From contig NC_045712.1 of the NCBI RefSeq assembly GCF_009834535.1, forward strand, positions 39,060,001-39,124,000: 64,000 nucleotides of DNA. The letters are read 5' to 3'. Below the pieces are notes generated by a model. That model saw only the letters and a list, made by a program, of their open reading frames with translations. It did not search any database and was not told where the DNA came from. Source of the DNA: Camelus ferus. Taxonomy: Eukaryota. Each line of letters opens with the position of its first letter. The stretch's first letter is position 1. Positions 38,601 through 53,195 of the stretch are shown one piece after another. A program made the translations under genes and the position numbers.

Positions 38601-40289
38601 GTGCTGCTTTCCCGCTGGCTCTCCATGGTGCTGCGAGTCAGCTAAAGAGTGCTGGGCTCTGTGGTTTGTGGGGGGCCTTCAAAGCACATGACCTTAGAGT
38701 TGTTCAGTAGGAAATGACAAACTTGAAACAAGTAGATCTACTAGGAACCTATTTTGCAAATATAGTTCAAAAGAAAATGATTTCTCTCCATCTGAGCTTT
38801 TGAATGCATTTATTATAGAATGTTTTTAGGAGAATAAACTATGGGGAGCTACTCAAAAGCTTACTGATACATAAGTGTTTTTACCATGTTAAAATGACTT
38901 CCTGTTTTAACTAATTGTCTAGTAGATACCAACTTTTTCAATTCAGCAGAGTTTTATGAATATGTCGTGTGGAAACTATGAGCACCAAGGCCGTGGCAGC
39001 CTTGCCCAGTCACCCAGGAGCCAGCCGGGTTCCCAGAGAAGGGTCAACACATCTTACAGGACCCTGTGCACAAGGGAATACCTCGGCTGGGCCTTCTTTC
39101 TCAGGAATTCCCACCGAGACCCCAGAGAAGAGAAAATGGGGACAGATTAGTTAGGAGAGGTGGAAGGGGGTCAGTGACTGGGTCATGGTGGGGCTCCGGA
39201 AACTTGAGGTCTCACGGTTTCTGAAAAATACAGATTTCTTTTCATCTACTAATTTGTTTATTTCTTGTCTAACATTTCCTCTGAAGAAGTTAAATCTTGT
39301 ATAAAATTACATCTCAGTACTCCATTGGAATGAAATATTGATGCAGGATAGCTTTTTCTGAATTACTCATTTATTCTTTCTAGATAATATTCAAGTTCCT
39401 GTTAATTCAATTCACTTAGTTCAGAATTGCAATATATAATGTCATGATCCATGCTGCTTTGTCCTCTTGTTTTCATACTATTGACACCTAGTCAGTGTCT
39501 TCCAGTTCCTTCTTCAAACACAGCAGTCACATTGCAGTGAAGACTGCCAGTTCCTGGTCCACTCCAGACCTCTCGTTAGCATCAGGCAGTGCCCGGCCTG
39601 CCCTGGGGTTCTGCTGATTTTCAGGTCTTTGTATTGAATTACTGCTTGTTCTGGCATGATGCTAATTTCCTTCATTACTTCATGCTTCTCCCAGGAGATA
39701 CCCACATGTCATTTATCCTTCCTCATCCTTCCTCCTCCTCTTGAAAATATCACACCAAGGAATTCACTTATTTTTTTTCCAGCTGTTTTCTTTTTCTGTC
39801 AATAATTCAGTGTAACATTTCTTAGAGGCTATTCCATCTCCTTCACTGATTTTCACCATGCCTTTCCATGATTTCCTACCTTTAAATTTTATTTTACAGC
39901 TTTTAATACTTAGTAATTCATGCTGCCATCAAAGAGGCAACTTTATTCCTATGATCATTCAGATTTCTATGGGTATTGATCCTGGTTACAATTAGAAAAG
40001 CATCAAGAGTTGAAGCTGTGCATCTGAGGAGCAGGCTTCCCAGTGGAAGCAACCCTTGTTGGTTTATTTCTGTTCATGCAGAGGAAGAAGCATAATCATA
40101 AACCTCGTATTACTGTGTTATAGAGAACCTCTGTGTGATGTTGGCGTAGAAGCGGAATAAAATAGCCGGGATCTGAGTTTCCCATGTGACAGTGGCTGCA
40201 CTTTATGTGTTATAAAGGATACACTCTACATTTCTGTATACTTTTCCATCCCACAGTATCTGGAATCTGCAGCGTGAGGTAGTATGTTA

Positions 40290-40400
40290 CAGTCAGTCAT
40301 TTCATCAGTATTTATTAATTATCATTTCATGAAAGAAACTGCACCAGGCACTACTGGGGATACAGAAGATTCAAGGCACCTGCTGTTTAAGGCACATGTA
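40290..40400 (-). mobile_element. L2 3' tail fragment
   Basis: cagtcagtcatttcatcagtatttatt...ccaggcactactggggatacag. Confidence 0.55.
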
Positions 40401-40778
40401 CGTTTCATGTAACTCAGCCTCACACACAGCACAAGGGAGGATGCTTTTGGGCAAAGGGAGAATTGACTCTGTAAGTGTTACATGCTGAAATACATTGACG
40501 ATTAAGACACAGGTAGAAAAAAACATTTTGTGAAAGCCTTTTCAGAATAAACTTTATTTTTCATTGAGAGTAGCATTTTAGGGGAATATCTGATTTTAAA
40601 AGAATGAAGTGAAGCAAATCAGTAATTATTGAATGGGCCACATTGGAGTGGATTAGCTCTAACTCATGGACCTGGATGATCTGTGACACATCACAGGCCA
40701 GTCATTAGAAGTGACCCAAGATTGAGTAGGATCACAGGGTGCCTAGGTGCTGGCTGGTTTCCTTGCCTGCTGGTCTGA

Positions 40779-41770
<992 letters not shown>

Positions 41771-44215
41771 AGGAATTCTTTGGGAGCGGGATCATTTGCC
41801 ATTTGTTTTCTGTATACTTTTCTGTGTTTAAAACATTAATGTAAGTCAATAAGGAATATTCCACCTTAATGTTGGTAGTTTGAATAATTCCTTAAATTCC
41901 CTAATGCCATTTGCAGCAGACACATATGGTAAGTATCTCCTTCTTACATTCACATGCTTCTTTTTTTTTTCTTTTTTTAGAACAAAGATTTAAACATCAG
42001 GTGAAATTTTTAGAGTAAAATTTCTTTTTGCATAATCTGTATGGTGCACATGAGATTTGAAGCCATGAATCAAGTGTGGAAACCAAGTTGTAGTATCAGG
42101 CAAAGTGGGATTTGTTGTCATTTCCTCAGTAAACCTTGGGTAAGGTCAGGGTGAGACCAAGACCAGAGGACAGGTCTGCAGCCTCCTCAGTTAGCACCCC
42201 ATTCAATATTTTAAGGAATTTGCTCAGCTCTCTCTTAGAGGAGAGGCTGAGACCACCTGGGTGAGGGGCAGAGAAGTAGGATGAACCGGGAGGTTCCAAA
42301 TGGCAACTTTTCTTAGATTTGCAAGGAACACGTGGGCACAGACAGTCATGGGGCCGCTATGGTGTTCAGACACTCAACTTACACGTGTCCTCTTTCCGGC
42401 ATGTATCCTCCCAAGGGTGCCGAGGGAAGTGGGCACTTTGCAGAAGGAGGGCACACCCCCCACCATTTTGAATGCTACTGCGTGCCTCATCCCCAATTAA
42501 ACCCCACCCCGGGTGACAGAGAACCTTTCAAAGTGGAGGTGCCAGGGCTCAGCCGTGTTCGATTAAAGCACCCCAATTACCCCTCCTCCCCTTAAGAGCT
42601 ACATTTCCAAAATATATCTAGAAATTTACAGTCAATAACTGTTAATAAAAACATTTACTCTGTTTATATAGTTTTATCATTTATGTATCCATAATAATTG
42701 TAATGATCAATCAGTCCTGAAGAATTTTTAAATACTTGTAGTGGGGTTTCTAGTCACAGGAACTTTTAAAGGCTTTTTAAGTTTCAATTTGGGGCATAAA
42801 ATTATTGCAGCAAAGTATAAGCAAATGATTGATAAAGACTTCCAAGCAAAAAAAAAAATTAGGATCAGCTTCTTTGGGAGAAGTGGAAATAAAATATTAT
42901 TTCAAAGAGGGGAAAAAAGGACAAACAAAATTTTTCCAGTTAATTAAGAGCATGTTTGTGTATTTTTGAATGAGTGATGGTGGGTATCATATCAGTACAG
43001 TGTTTAGCGTCTCTTGGATATCTTTAAAAGAGTGTCCTTATAGTTTATTTTTAAGTGTGTTTACAGTATACTAGGAAATACGTTTTGCCACTATTTAATT
43101 TATGATGAAAATTTTAGATGTCAACTTAAAATTGTGAGGGAGAGAGGGTCCTTAGTATCCAAAATTTTTAGGGGTTATGTAAGCAAAAAAAAAAAATTTA
43201 ATTGTACAGCATTGTCTCTGGAAGAGTTTTGGTAAATCAGTTTCTCCACTGATTACATTTCTGGAAGTGAGGTTTTATTGCCTGGGGCAGGCAGCTCCCT
43301 GGCTGGCCATGTGCACACTCCAGGTCAAGGTGAGATCTTGCTTCGGGTTAAGTAAAGCTTTCCTCTCTCTCAGAATTTCACGCTGCCATGCATTTGTCTA
43401 AAAAGCAAAGGGTCTTTCTTGATGTTGGATGTGATTGCCATGTCTCGTGTTACTAAATATGTTTACCTAAAAGTCCCACTTCAGAGCTGTCGCATTTGCT
43501 TTTGAGGGACTCGTGGATGTTAGTGTTTCCTGTGGACAAGACTAAATAAGCTCCCAGTAGTCTCAGCTCCTGGATCCTCATGTCTTCAGATACGCCCTAC
43601 CAGACAGTACAGCAGAGTTCAGAGTCAGAGGCGGTTTTGTTGACACTGATCCTTTATTGAGAAATGAAACATTAACTGAATTCTATTTTATATTATTTAA
43701 AAAGAAAAAAAAATCGAAGTGGCTTTAAGTTTCTCTGGGGTGTCTTCTGCTGAGGACATAGATGTGGTTCTGATTAATACCACCTGCTAAGAAAATGTGA
43801 TTATTTGGTGCTAATGTTGTTGTTAAGGGTCTGGAGAGACAGAGATGTCCAGTAGGTTTTGACTCAATATAACTGCCCCCAAAGAGAATGTTCCTAGTTT
43901 GCACTAAAGGTGGCAAATTCATGCACATGCAGCTCCAGCGTCTCGGATCCGTCAAGTAGGCGGGTGGCCATGATGAGTACCTGTGGCTTCCCAGGGCCAG
44001 AAAAGTGTTCCTCCCTCCACCTGATGCCACTGCCTGCGAAAGGTCTAAACAGTCCTGGGTATGGAAGGTCACCCATTTTGCGCTTTTTAAAAACTCACAT
44101 TCACTGGCATGAATTTGAAAATCACTGACATTCAGTTTACTTGTTCAACTAGTGCCATTTCGAGGATATAGAATTTTTTCTTTCTTTTTTTTCCCACTCT
44201 GACATTTAACTATCT

Positions 44216-44384
44216 GCTGTTTATTTATTTTACTTTTTAGTTTATTTTTATTTTTTGTGGGGGAGGAAGGTAATTTGGTTAATTTATTTATTTTATTTAC
44301 TTTTGGAGGAGGTACTGGAGGTTGAACCCAGGACCCCATGCATGCTAAGCATGCGCTCTACCACTTGAGCTGTCCCATCCCCCC
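44216..44384 (-). mobile_element. tRNA-derived camelid SINE (Vic-1-like) with degenerate TSD
   Basis: Reverse complement reads ggggggatgggacagctcaagtggtagagcgcatgcttagcatgcatggggtcctgggttcaacctccagtacctcc plus an A-rich tail. AACTATCT is repeated at 44208-44215 and 44385-44392. Confidence 0.92.
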
Positions 44385-44719
44385 AACTATCTCCTTTTTA
44401 AACAAGTGGAGCCGCGCATGACTGAGCTTTTCCCATGTGCCAGAGGCAGAGAGAGCTTCTGCCTTGTCTTCTGGTCAGTTGGTGAGCCCCGATCAAAAAT
44501 GGACGTACTGAAAACATACTGAGGAAAAAAAATCTCGTTAATGCCTAGCCTGTCCCCAGATCTTTTACTGTTAAGTGACCAGAAATTGACAACAAACTTG
44601 TCAGTAGAAATTATTACTCATACTATGGTAGTATGTTTAACTTATATTTGAATTGCTACTTTTCAACTCAGTCCCCATTTTATGGACAAAACATGATGGA
44701 GAAATTTAAGTCAGTGGGC

Positions 44720-45100
44720 AATTCTTAAATTGGGCTGTGCGTCTTAAAAGTAGAAGTTTGCAAAAATGCATGTGGCTAGGCTCCACACCAGGAAGATGCT
44801 GAGCCCCTAAATCTCAGGTGGGGCCCAGATACCTACACTTAAAAACCCTGGCTGTTGCCCCATGCCTCTGCCCCGAGGCCCCCAGCCCCCAGCAAAGCTG
44901 GGTCCCAAGCAGGGATTAGCTGAACACTGAGAACCAGCAAGTTGTGGGCTGTCTTCTGCCACCGGGAATGAGTCCGGTAGCATCTTTGCACCTCCGTTTT
45001 TTGTTTTAAAAAATGAAAGGTTGGACTGCAGAGTCTGTGGGAAGGCCCGGAAATGTGCACTGTTTAGCCAGCACTCCAGTGATTCTAACACGGGAGCAGT
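44720..45100. mobile_element. Two MER5A-like hAT MITE fragments (about 44720-44860 and 45010-45100)
   Basis: tctcaggtggggcccagatacctacacttaaaaac and ggaaggcccggaaatgtgcactgtttagccagcactccagtgattctaa. Confidence 0.45.
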
Positions 45101-48100
45101 GGACCCCTTAGGGGATGTGCTCAGGGGGTTCCGGTGACGCCTCCAGCTTCTGGTGAGGGGCAGTGGTGAGCGTGGGAAGGAACAGGGAAAGAAAAGGTAC
45201 CCAGAGCAGTTCTTTTTTGGTGTCAGATAAGGAACTGTGGCGTTTCTAAATATATAAGCAAATGAGATGTACCTGAAGGTGAGAGGCGAACTGGGGAAAA
45301 TAAAGTTGTTTGCTTTGCAAAGGGCATTTTCAAATGATTAAACTTCAGTTGCTGAGACCTTTCCGAAGAATTCCAGACAGTAAATATCATCCTAGCTGAT
45401 GCCCTTTTATTTCTTTTCAAATTGATGTATTCAGCTCTGAGTCACTTTAGGATCCAGTTAAAAATAGAAAGGAGCCCTATCCAGGTACCATTTGCTCGCT
45501 GGATGGCCTTGTGTACAAGGACACAGCATCCTCAGAACGGTCGCCTCTCGGGAGCCGGGCGCCCGCAGAGCCAGGGAGCCCATCCAAATGGAGCCTTTGA
45601 GAAAGAGAACAGCCTTGGAAATCAGTCAAAAGAGCAGATGAGACTTTAAGAAGACACCACAACGCTAATTATGGCCCCCAAGGGCTTCAAATCAAATAAG
45701 AGGCCCTTGACCGGCAGGCCAGCTGGGTCAGCCTGCATTAAGTGATGCCGATTTTCTAGGGTTAAGTATATTTAATCCATTTCCAACATTTCCCAAGAGC
45801 CTCTGAACTTTTCTTTCTATGAATCTGTGCTCTGAGTTACGGTGTGTATATATATACATGCCTTTTTAATGGAAAGTTAAGTTTCGCAGCATCGAGTGAG
45901 GGTACTGAAGTGTTTGTTGACTGTGTGATCTGTGTTGACCTGCCGACATCTGGTTCTGAATGAAATGTTGAGTGCGGAGGAAGAATTGGCTTCCGAGAAG
46001 GCCAGTGGCAGGAAGTGCCAGAGCCTCGGTCCTTGGGGAGGGGCTTGTTCATGTCCCAGGGCTGCAGGTCATCCCCGGTCCAGTAAGCTCGAGGTCAAGG
46101 TAAACTGAAGTCTCCAGTGTGTCAAGAGTTCGAGCGGCCCTCTGAGCTGGCTTTCCCCTTCCTCTTGTGTCAGGAGTCTGTCTCACAGTCCTGTGCAGCC
46201 TCAGGGCAAGTGGCTTGACCCTCCTGTTTCACAGTCTGCCCAAACTGTGCCCAGTGAGGCAGGCCAAGCGAGGCTGCAGGGACACAGTGTAGGACATGCA
46301 GCGTGAAGCGGGGTGGTGGGAGGCCAGGGGAGAGATGAGTCTGGTGATGGAGGAGAACCATCTCATGCTTGGCTGACCTGCATCACTGGGCAGAAGGGCA
46401 GGGAATTATGGGGTAAAACAGTACCATCAAACCAGATTGGCTGACAAGTCAGAACTCCACCTTTGCAGCAGCCCTACCTGTTTTCATGACCCGAATGCAA
46501 CCAGGCAGTGAACAGGTGGCGTGCACTGGGAGGGCACGTGAGCCAGGCACCCTTCTCAGACTTCTGTGTGTGCCTAAGAAGGTTCTCAGGTGGGGGCTGT
46601 TAGCCATTTGCACTTGATTTTTCACACAATAGATTTCTCTCCAAGTCATAAATGATGGCTTTCTTCAGAGTGATTACTGCTCTAACAGATTTTGGCTCCT
46701 AGGCACCTTTGTGGTCCCCTTTGCTGTCACTGCCCCTCTTACTTTGGGGTCTAGCAGGATTGCAATGCTCATGGATTCCCAAGCACCCCTGCTGTTTCAT
46801 AACCCTGACCACCCGTGCCCCTCCCCTCCGCTGTCAGCTGCTCAGACCCTCCTTCCTCCAGAGAGCCTCGTCTGCTGTGTGACAGAGGGCCGTGGTGCCC
46901 ATTCCTGTGTCTCTGCCTCTCTACCCTTGGCCATGTGATGCTTCCTTACCCTGAGCGCCCTCACCCAGCACAGGGTCCAACGCCCAGTGGACTCTGACTA
47001 AATCTCCACTTAATCAGACTGAGTCTGTTGACTCATACATAGTTCAGAAGCTAATATATTAAGTAAATGACAGATGATGTCCTCGGACCAAAAAAAAAAA
47101 AAAAGAAGAATCTTAAAATAGGTACTCTGGCAAAAATGGAAACAGTTAGGTCATATGTCTTTCTGGGATCACTAGGGAAGGGAATACATTCTGAGGAATT
47201 ACATGTGAGCACTTTAGAAGGACTCCACACCTATCCTTGATAAAGTGCAAATCCTTTTTTATCCCCCCCAAAAAGACTGATTGTGATTGATATCAGTAAA
47301 AAGTGTGGCTCCCAAAAGGCCATAAAATAACCCCAAATCTAGCCAGAGAGGATTCCAAAGTAGTTTGTACTTTGCACAAATTTAGACTCTGAAACAGTCC
47401 TGTCCTTACTACTGTTGGGGAGGTTTTCTGTTTTGTTTTTTCTCTGCATTTTCTGTTCCCACTAGAAAAATAACGCTTTAAAGTGCAGGGAGGCATCCAG
47501 ACATTAGGATGCTTCGCTAAAGCTCTCGAAAGCCTCTGATCATTTTTGTCTCGCCTAGTAAACAGTCTCTATAAATTGTCCTTGTCTCATTCCCCTGGTC
47601 TTGTAAGCAAAATTTGTAAATCCTAATTATTCCCCCAGATGTAGGAAACATGACCAAATCAGAACCAGATTTATTTTTACTTGTGGAAATTACTGAATAG
47701 GCCGTGAAACAGAGTAGAATTTAGCATTTTCCTAGTTACATATGAGCAGATGAGAAACAGTGTGGGTGGAAGGGGCCAGGAAGCAGAGGTCCTTCCACAG
47801 AGAAGGGCCTTGGGCTCACTGTGCTGTGGATGTGACACCCTGTGCTTCGGACCGTGTATACATATGTCATTAAAATTTGTCCGTATTTATAAAGAAAAAA
47901 ATTCACCCTCTAATAAATTGTCCTAGAGATTTCAGAATGCTTAAAACCATGTATTTAAAAAGAAAAGAAAGATATATTCTGGTAAGATATTAAAAGTTCT
48001 AAGAGTTCCAGTTTCAGATTCTATACTAGATTTGTCATTACATTGCCTTGAGAGCTGACATGTGTAACAGCAGATCTTCCTTCGCCAGATAAATGCTATT

Positions 48101-49206
48101 AGATATGCATCTATTTACTTTTTTTTAACCAAATGTTCCAGGATATTAAAACACTAAATTATTGGCTTCATCAAGGTCAAAGATAATTGTCTGTGACTAC
48201 CAGACTAGAAGCTTCTTAGGGACAGGATTATCCAGACACAGAATTTGTTGAATGAATGAACATGTTGAATGAATGAGTTAGTAATTAGATAATGGGTTAA
48301 AGCCCCATCCCTTTGTGCCTTTCTCTGTTACCAGATTTTAGTCCATTGACTTTGGAATTGTCCTCTGTGTGTTAGATTTGGGATTCAGGAAACCATCACT
48401 GAGTACTTACCATGTCAGGGAGCCACAGAGTTTTTTAAAAATTACTTTGCTTTTTAATTACTACTAAACTGTTAAAATAGAACATCTCTTATTTAATATA
48501 ATAAATTATATTATTTTTCATATATTTCCAATGCTTCAGAACCTCCGGGATATGATTGAATATTGTATTGTGCAATGTATGTAAACCTAAGAGATTAGGC
48601 TGAAATATAGTGACGAATAGACTAGGAAATTTAGCATTTAAGGTAAATCCCTAAGAACAGCACATATAGTGATTTGCTTCTTTTTCCTAACAATAGAATG
48701 CAGAAAATAAGAAATGTTTGGATTTAAGAACCTCTTGAAATACTAAATAATCACTATTAATAATGGCTCTACGAATATAAATAGTAAATTATGCTAAATT
48801 TATGATAATAATTAAAATACAGATATTAAAATTCATTAACAAATATTAAGTACATGCTGTGATCAAAGCACAAAAACATAAGGTGTGAGAAATTTCTTGC
48901 ATCATACAATTGTCAAGTGTTAGAGTTGGAAAGCTCTGTAGAAAAGATCCTGTCCTAAATACTGATTGTATAGACTAAGGAAAAGGTCATTAGCTGTGGT
49001 TGTCAGCTTCCAAAGTGGTCTCCAGTGATTCTCCTAGGATATATTCCCTGTGGAGTCCCATCCCACCTTCTGTCTTGGTTTATCTGCAGAAATGTTGGTA
49101 TGTCTCATCTGAGCCTGTTTCATAAAAACATTATGGCTTCTGCTTTCTTCTCCCTGTTGGATCACTTGTTCTTGGGAAGTTAGCTGCCATGTTGTGAGGA
49201 CACTCA

Positions 49207-49616
49207 GGAGAGGACATGACTACTGGTTGGCCAGAGAGGTGGACTTGGGCCATTGTAGGCTCCTCAACCCCTCCCCTGTCCTTAGAATGTATGTTTTGCC
49301 CACTATTCCCACACTAGGAGATGTTTCAAGGATGCAGCCTTGAGGGTGTAATATGTTGTTGAGACTGGCTTGTGCGTGTCACTGAATCCAGTTAAGACCT
49401 CTATATAAACTGGTAAGGTTCTGGTGGGCAGGTGCAGAGATCTGCTTGTCTTCCAACTGCCCAAGACCAGCCTTATATGTAAGTTCCCTTGTCTATTAAA
49501 ACTGCCCCCTACCAATCTGGAGAGGCCCGCCCCTTTCTTCAGTCTTTCCTTGCCCTCTGTGCAAGGGGGCCAGTTTCGAATTTCACCTGAGGAACTCTTA
49601 AGTTTGCAAACGAATG
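49207..49616 (+). mobile_element. ERV solo LTR (family not identified) nested in the MLT1F-like LTR
   Basis: Interrupts the MLT1F-like sequence. Has TATATAAA (49402-49409), GTAAGT (49479-49484) and ATTAAA (49495-49500). Candidate 4-bp TSD CTCA (49203-49206, 49617-49620). Canonical TG...CA ends are not preserved. Confidence 0.7.
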
Positions 49617-49711
49617 CTCAAGCAATGAATGGAGAGGCCCACATGGTGAGGAGCATGACCTATGTCCGACAGCCATGTGAATGAACCGTCTTGGAAGCAG
49701 ATTCTCTCATC

Positions 49712-49928
49712 CAGGGGTTGGCAGACTTTTTCTATAGAGTCAGATAGTAAATATTTCAGGCATGTGGGCCATTCAGTCTCTGGTGCAACTGCTCAGTCTT
49801 GCTGTTGTAGTGCAAAAGTGGCCTTAGGCCGTATGTAAATGAAAAGGAGAGGCTGTGTTCCAATAAAACTTTACAAAAACAGGCAGTGGGCCAGATTTGG
49901 CCTATGGACCATAGTTTGTCATCCCCTC
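49712..49928 (+). mobile_element. MER58A hAT-Charlie MITE nested in the MLT1F-like LTR
   Basis: caggggttggcagactttttctatagagtcagatagtaaatatttcaggc...gttccaataaaacttta...gggccagatttggcc...gtttgtcatcccct. Confidence 0.88.
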
Positions 49929-50669
49929 CATCTGGTCTCGGTCAAGCCTACAGATGACTGCAGTCCCTGCCTGAGTTCTGACTGCAGCTTCTTGAGAGGC
50001 CCTGAGCCAGAGTCACCCAGCTGCTTCCAAATTCCTGACAGTAATAAATGCTTATTGTTTTAAGTTAAATTTGGGGGTAATTTGTTACACAGTAGTAGAT
50101 AGCTAATGCAGTAATAGGTAACTAATCCAGGAAAGGAGGCTGGCTGACACATGAACCAAGTTGGACTATGAGCTGATAAGTGAGGAAGCTTGGTAGTGGG
50201 TACATACATGGAGGCTCACCTATATTATTCTCTCTACTTTTGTGTAATAAAAGACTACAAGGGGGAAAAACACACACAGAGAAAACGAAACTGTTTAGGC
50301 ATCTAAAATCAGAGGATCAATAAACCCAAAGCCCAGGCTGCCCACCCAGGTCTCTGGCCCTGAAGCCCTGTGTTCTCTTGGCCGCCGCCTCCTGCATAAA
50401 GAGCAACTAGCGAAGATTGTGCTATTCGCCTGCATTTTCCCATCAGTTCTTTACTGCCTCAGTACCTCCAACTTAACCTTTGATACCATTGCTGTTCTTG
50501 AACCATCTTTGAGACTTTTTTACTTCTTTATACCTGTTTATATTGTAGACGGTAAAATTAGTCATTACTGAGAGATGGAGCCTTGTTCAGAGATGTACAA
50601 CGTCCAGCCTGAGTGTGGCCCGGAATATACTACTACTCACAATTTACATTCTTACTGAACTTAGCTGTC

Positions 50670-50850
50670 AACCGAGCACTAGCAAATCCATTATCTTAAT
50701 GGCTCCTAACACAGCCTGGGAGGACAGGCCGGCAGATTTCACTATAGCAGTTTATAGATGAGGAAACAGAAACTCGGAAGTTTAAATGGTCAGACAAATA
50801 AAATTCAGCTGGGCCCCAAATCTGGCTTCTGGTCCAGTGTTCTTTCTTCC
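50670..50850 (-). mobile_element. MIR SINE
   Basis: tttatagatgaggaaacagaaactcggaagtttaaat is the antisense MIR core. Confidence 0.7.
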
Positions 50851-51499
50851 TCCTTATACTACCTTTCTCGTGCTTGAGGAGAAACAGATAGAATTTAACA
50901 TCAAATAAAATGAAGCCACAAAGTGACAATAAATGTGCAAGGGCACAATGCTTGGCGCATAGTAGGTCCTCAAACACTGAGTTTACCTTCCCTTTAGAAT
51001 CCCTTTGAAATTGGAAATCACCCTGGCGGGGTTTCAATTGGCAGTATGAGTAACTTAATGTGTTAATTGTTACGTCCATGAAATGGATATTTGAAATATC
51101 TTGTCTTTTGATTTGTTGCATCGATCCCCAAAGTGGTTCATGTATTGGATTCAGAGACTGAGTCTGGATTATTCTGCTCCTGTAGTTCCCCAGGATAATC
51201 AGGAAAAAAGATTTATTGTTGGCTTTTTGAACATCTCATGCTCTCTGCACATTTAACCAGATGTCCTTGGTGATGACATTTACAAATGAGATGAAATTTT
51301 ATGAATAGTTGAAGAAAATGGTGGGAGAGAAAGAGCAGAATACTAGGCCTGGTAAAATGCCATTGAAGGATGAGATTCCATTCAAATTCAAAAGAACATC
51401 ATCTCTTTCCTTTTCAAAAATCTATTTAATGTTGTGTTTTTCTATCGTGAACGTGTGATTCGGAGGAAATTAATTTTTCCCTCATAAATTTTTGAGTTG

Positions 51500-51610
51500 T
51501 AATTTTTTCTTCTTTTTTCCTTTCTTTCTCTTTTCTTTCTCTTCTTTCCTCTCTTTTCTCTTTTCTTTTCTCTTTCTTTCTTTCTTTCTTTTTTTCTTTT
51601 CTTTTCTTTT
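51500..51610. repeat. (TTTC)n-like polypyrimidine tract
   Basis: Read directly. Confidence 0.9.
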
Positions 51611-52354
51611 GGTGGCAGTCCTTTTCGATACAGTCTGCAAGGCAGTTATTATGTGCCAGGTAACTTTGTTATCACGGCTATAATTTTAAATTCTTGATCT
51701 CACCCTCCTCCCCCAAAACTAATTTGGGGGGAAAAAAATCTCCTATTTGTTATTTGAAAAAAAATTGGCTCTTAAGATTCTCTCCAGTTCTTCATTCAAG
51801 TTGCTTCAGGCAGTGTTCCTGTGGGTAGATTTGCAGGCTCTTTTGTTTGAATTGTCTTGGAAAAAAATGAGAGGCATATTTTTAATTTGCAAGTCTGGTT
51901 TAAGTCACAGGCCTGAGAGAAAGTGAACTGCCAACTGTCTGGGAAATGCAGCTCCAATATCCTCTACTTTCACATGTGATAAACACTGTTTTGATTAGAG
52001 ACAGAATACATCCAGGTTGCTTTTTTTTTTGACTTCTTGGACTATTGGGTTCACTTTTTCTTCAGGGTGTTGTAGAAAACCATTTGCAAAAACAGCAATC
52101 TGGGTTATTTAAACTTTATTCGGGATAGCCGTGCACAAATCATTTCTGTGAAAATGATGTGTGATTAAACAGTTTCAATTGGAGAAACTTGCTAAGGAAT
52201 TGTCATTTTTATTCCCAGCCTGTACCAAAACATTGGCCTTCAATGGAGCATTTAGATTCTCCGAGGATGTAAAAGGTGTCAGGAGCTGGATGGGTGATTT
52301 GTGTGCCTTGGATGTTAAGAGAATGGCTTTAAGGTCAGGTGAACATGTCTCAGG

Positions 52355-52480
52355 AATCCCAGCTTCACCATTACTAAGTAACCATGGGCAAGTTACCAAA
52401 CTTCTCTGGGCCTCAGTTTCATCCTCTGAAAATGGGCAGAATGACAGGAACAACCAACCACATGGTTGTGAGCAAGTTGT
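52355..52480 (+). mobile_element. MIR SINE
   Basis: atcccagcttcaccattactaagtaaccatgggcaagttaccaaacttctctgggcctcagtttcatcctctgaaaatggg. Confidence 0.8.
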
Positions 52481-53084
52481 AGACGCTGGCCCAAGCCAGC
52501 AACTCGAGGTCTGTGGCTTTTCTACTATTTTCCACCATAGATCAAATGGTATAAATAACAGAATTCTCAACTGAGTGTGGCGAAGAACCTCTTGACCATT
52601 AGAAAATAAAATCCTCCTTTTTAATGTTCCATCTGCGGAGAACTTGCAGAAGAGGAGGAAGCACCAACTTTGGAGATTTACCCACTTCTTGGCAGTGAGC
52701 AGGCCCAGATCGCTCCCAGCTCCATGATTCCTGAAAAATAGTTGCTCCCCAGCTATATTTTAACCCCAACAGGTCACCTTGAAATGATAGTCAGTTGAAA
52801 CTAATGTGGATTTCAGGTGAATTCTGGAAACAAAGCGTGGTAGCAGGTCACTGTACAGTGGGCTTCCTTCAGAAATCTCAAGGGGGCTCTCATTACGTAG
52901 TTCTTCTTGTGCTTATGTCTGGAAGGATAAGTCTCTGCTCTTTTGGGGGCAGAATTCACTGTGTAGTAGATGTGGAATCAATTAGAGCCTAGAGCTTCTA
53001 ATAAGAATGATGGCATTAGTTCAGCACCATAGAACTGAGCTCCAAGGATAGGATTCTATAGGATCTTTGCAAGTCAACCACTAT

Positions 53085-53155
53085 TTTCCTTTCTTTTGCT
53101 CCCTCCTCCCCACTCCCCATCTTCATCTCTTCTCCTTCTCCTCCTTCTTCTTCTT

Positions 53156-53193
<38 letters not shown>
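53085..53193. repeat. Polypyrimidine tract ending in a 36-nt poly(T) run (53158-53193)
   Basis: Read directly. Confidence 0.9.

Positions 53194-53195
<2 letters not shown>

Larger units (their letters stand above)
48995..50110 (+). mobile_element. MLT1F-like ERVL-MaLR LTR, split by two younger inserts
   Basis: Starts tgtggttgtcagcttccaaagtggtc. Has gctgccatgttgtgaggacactca / ggagaggcccacatgg. Ends aataaatgcttattgttttaag...ttgttacacagtagtagatagctaatgca. Confidence 0.85.
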
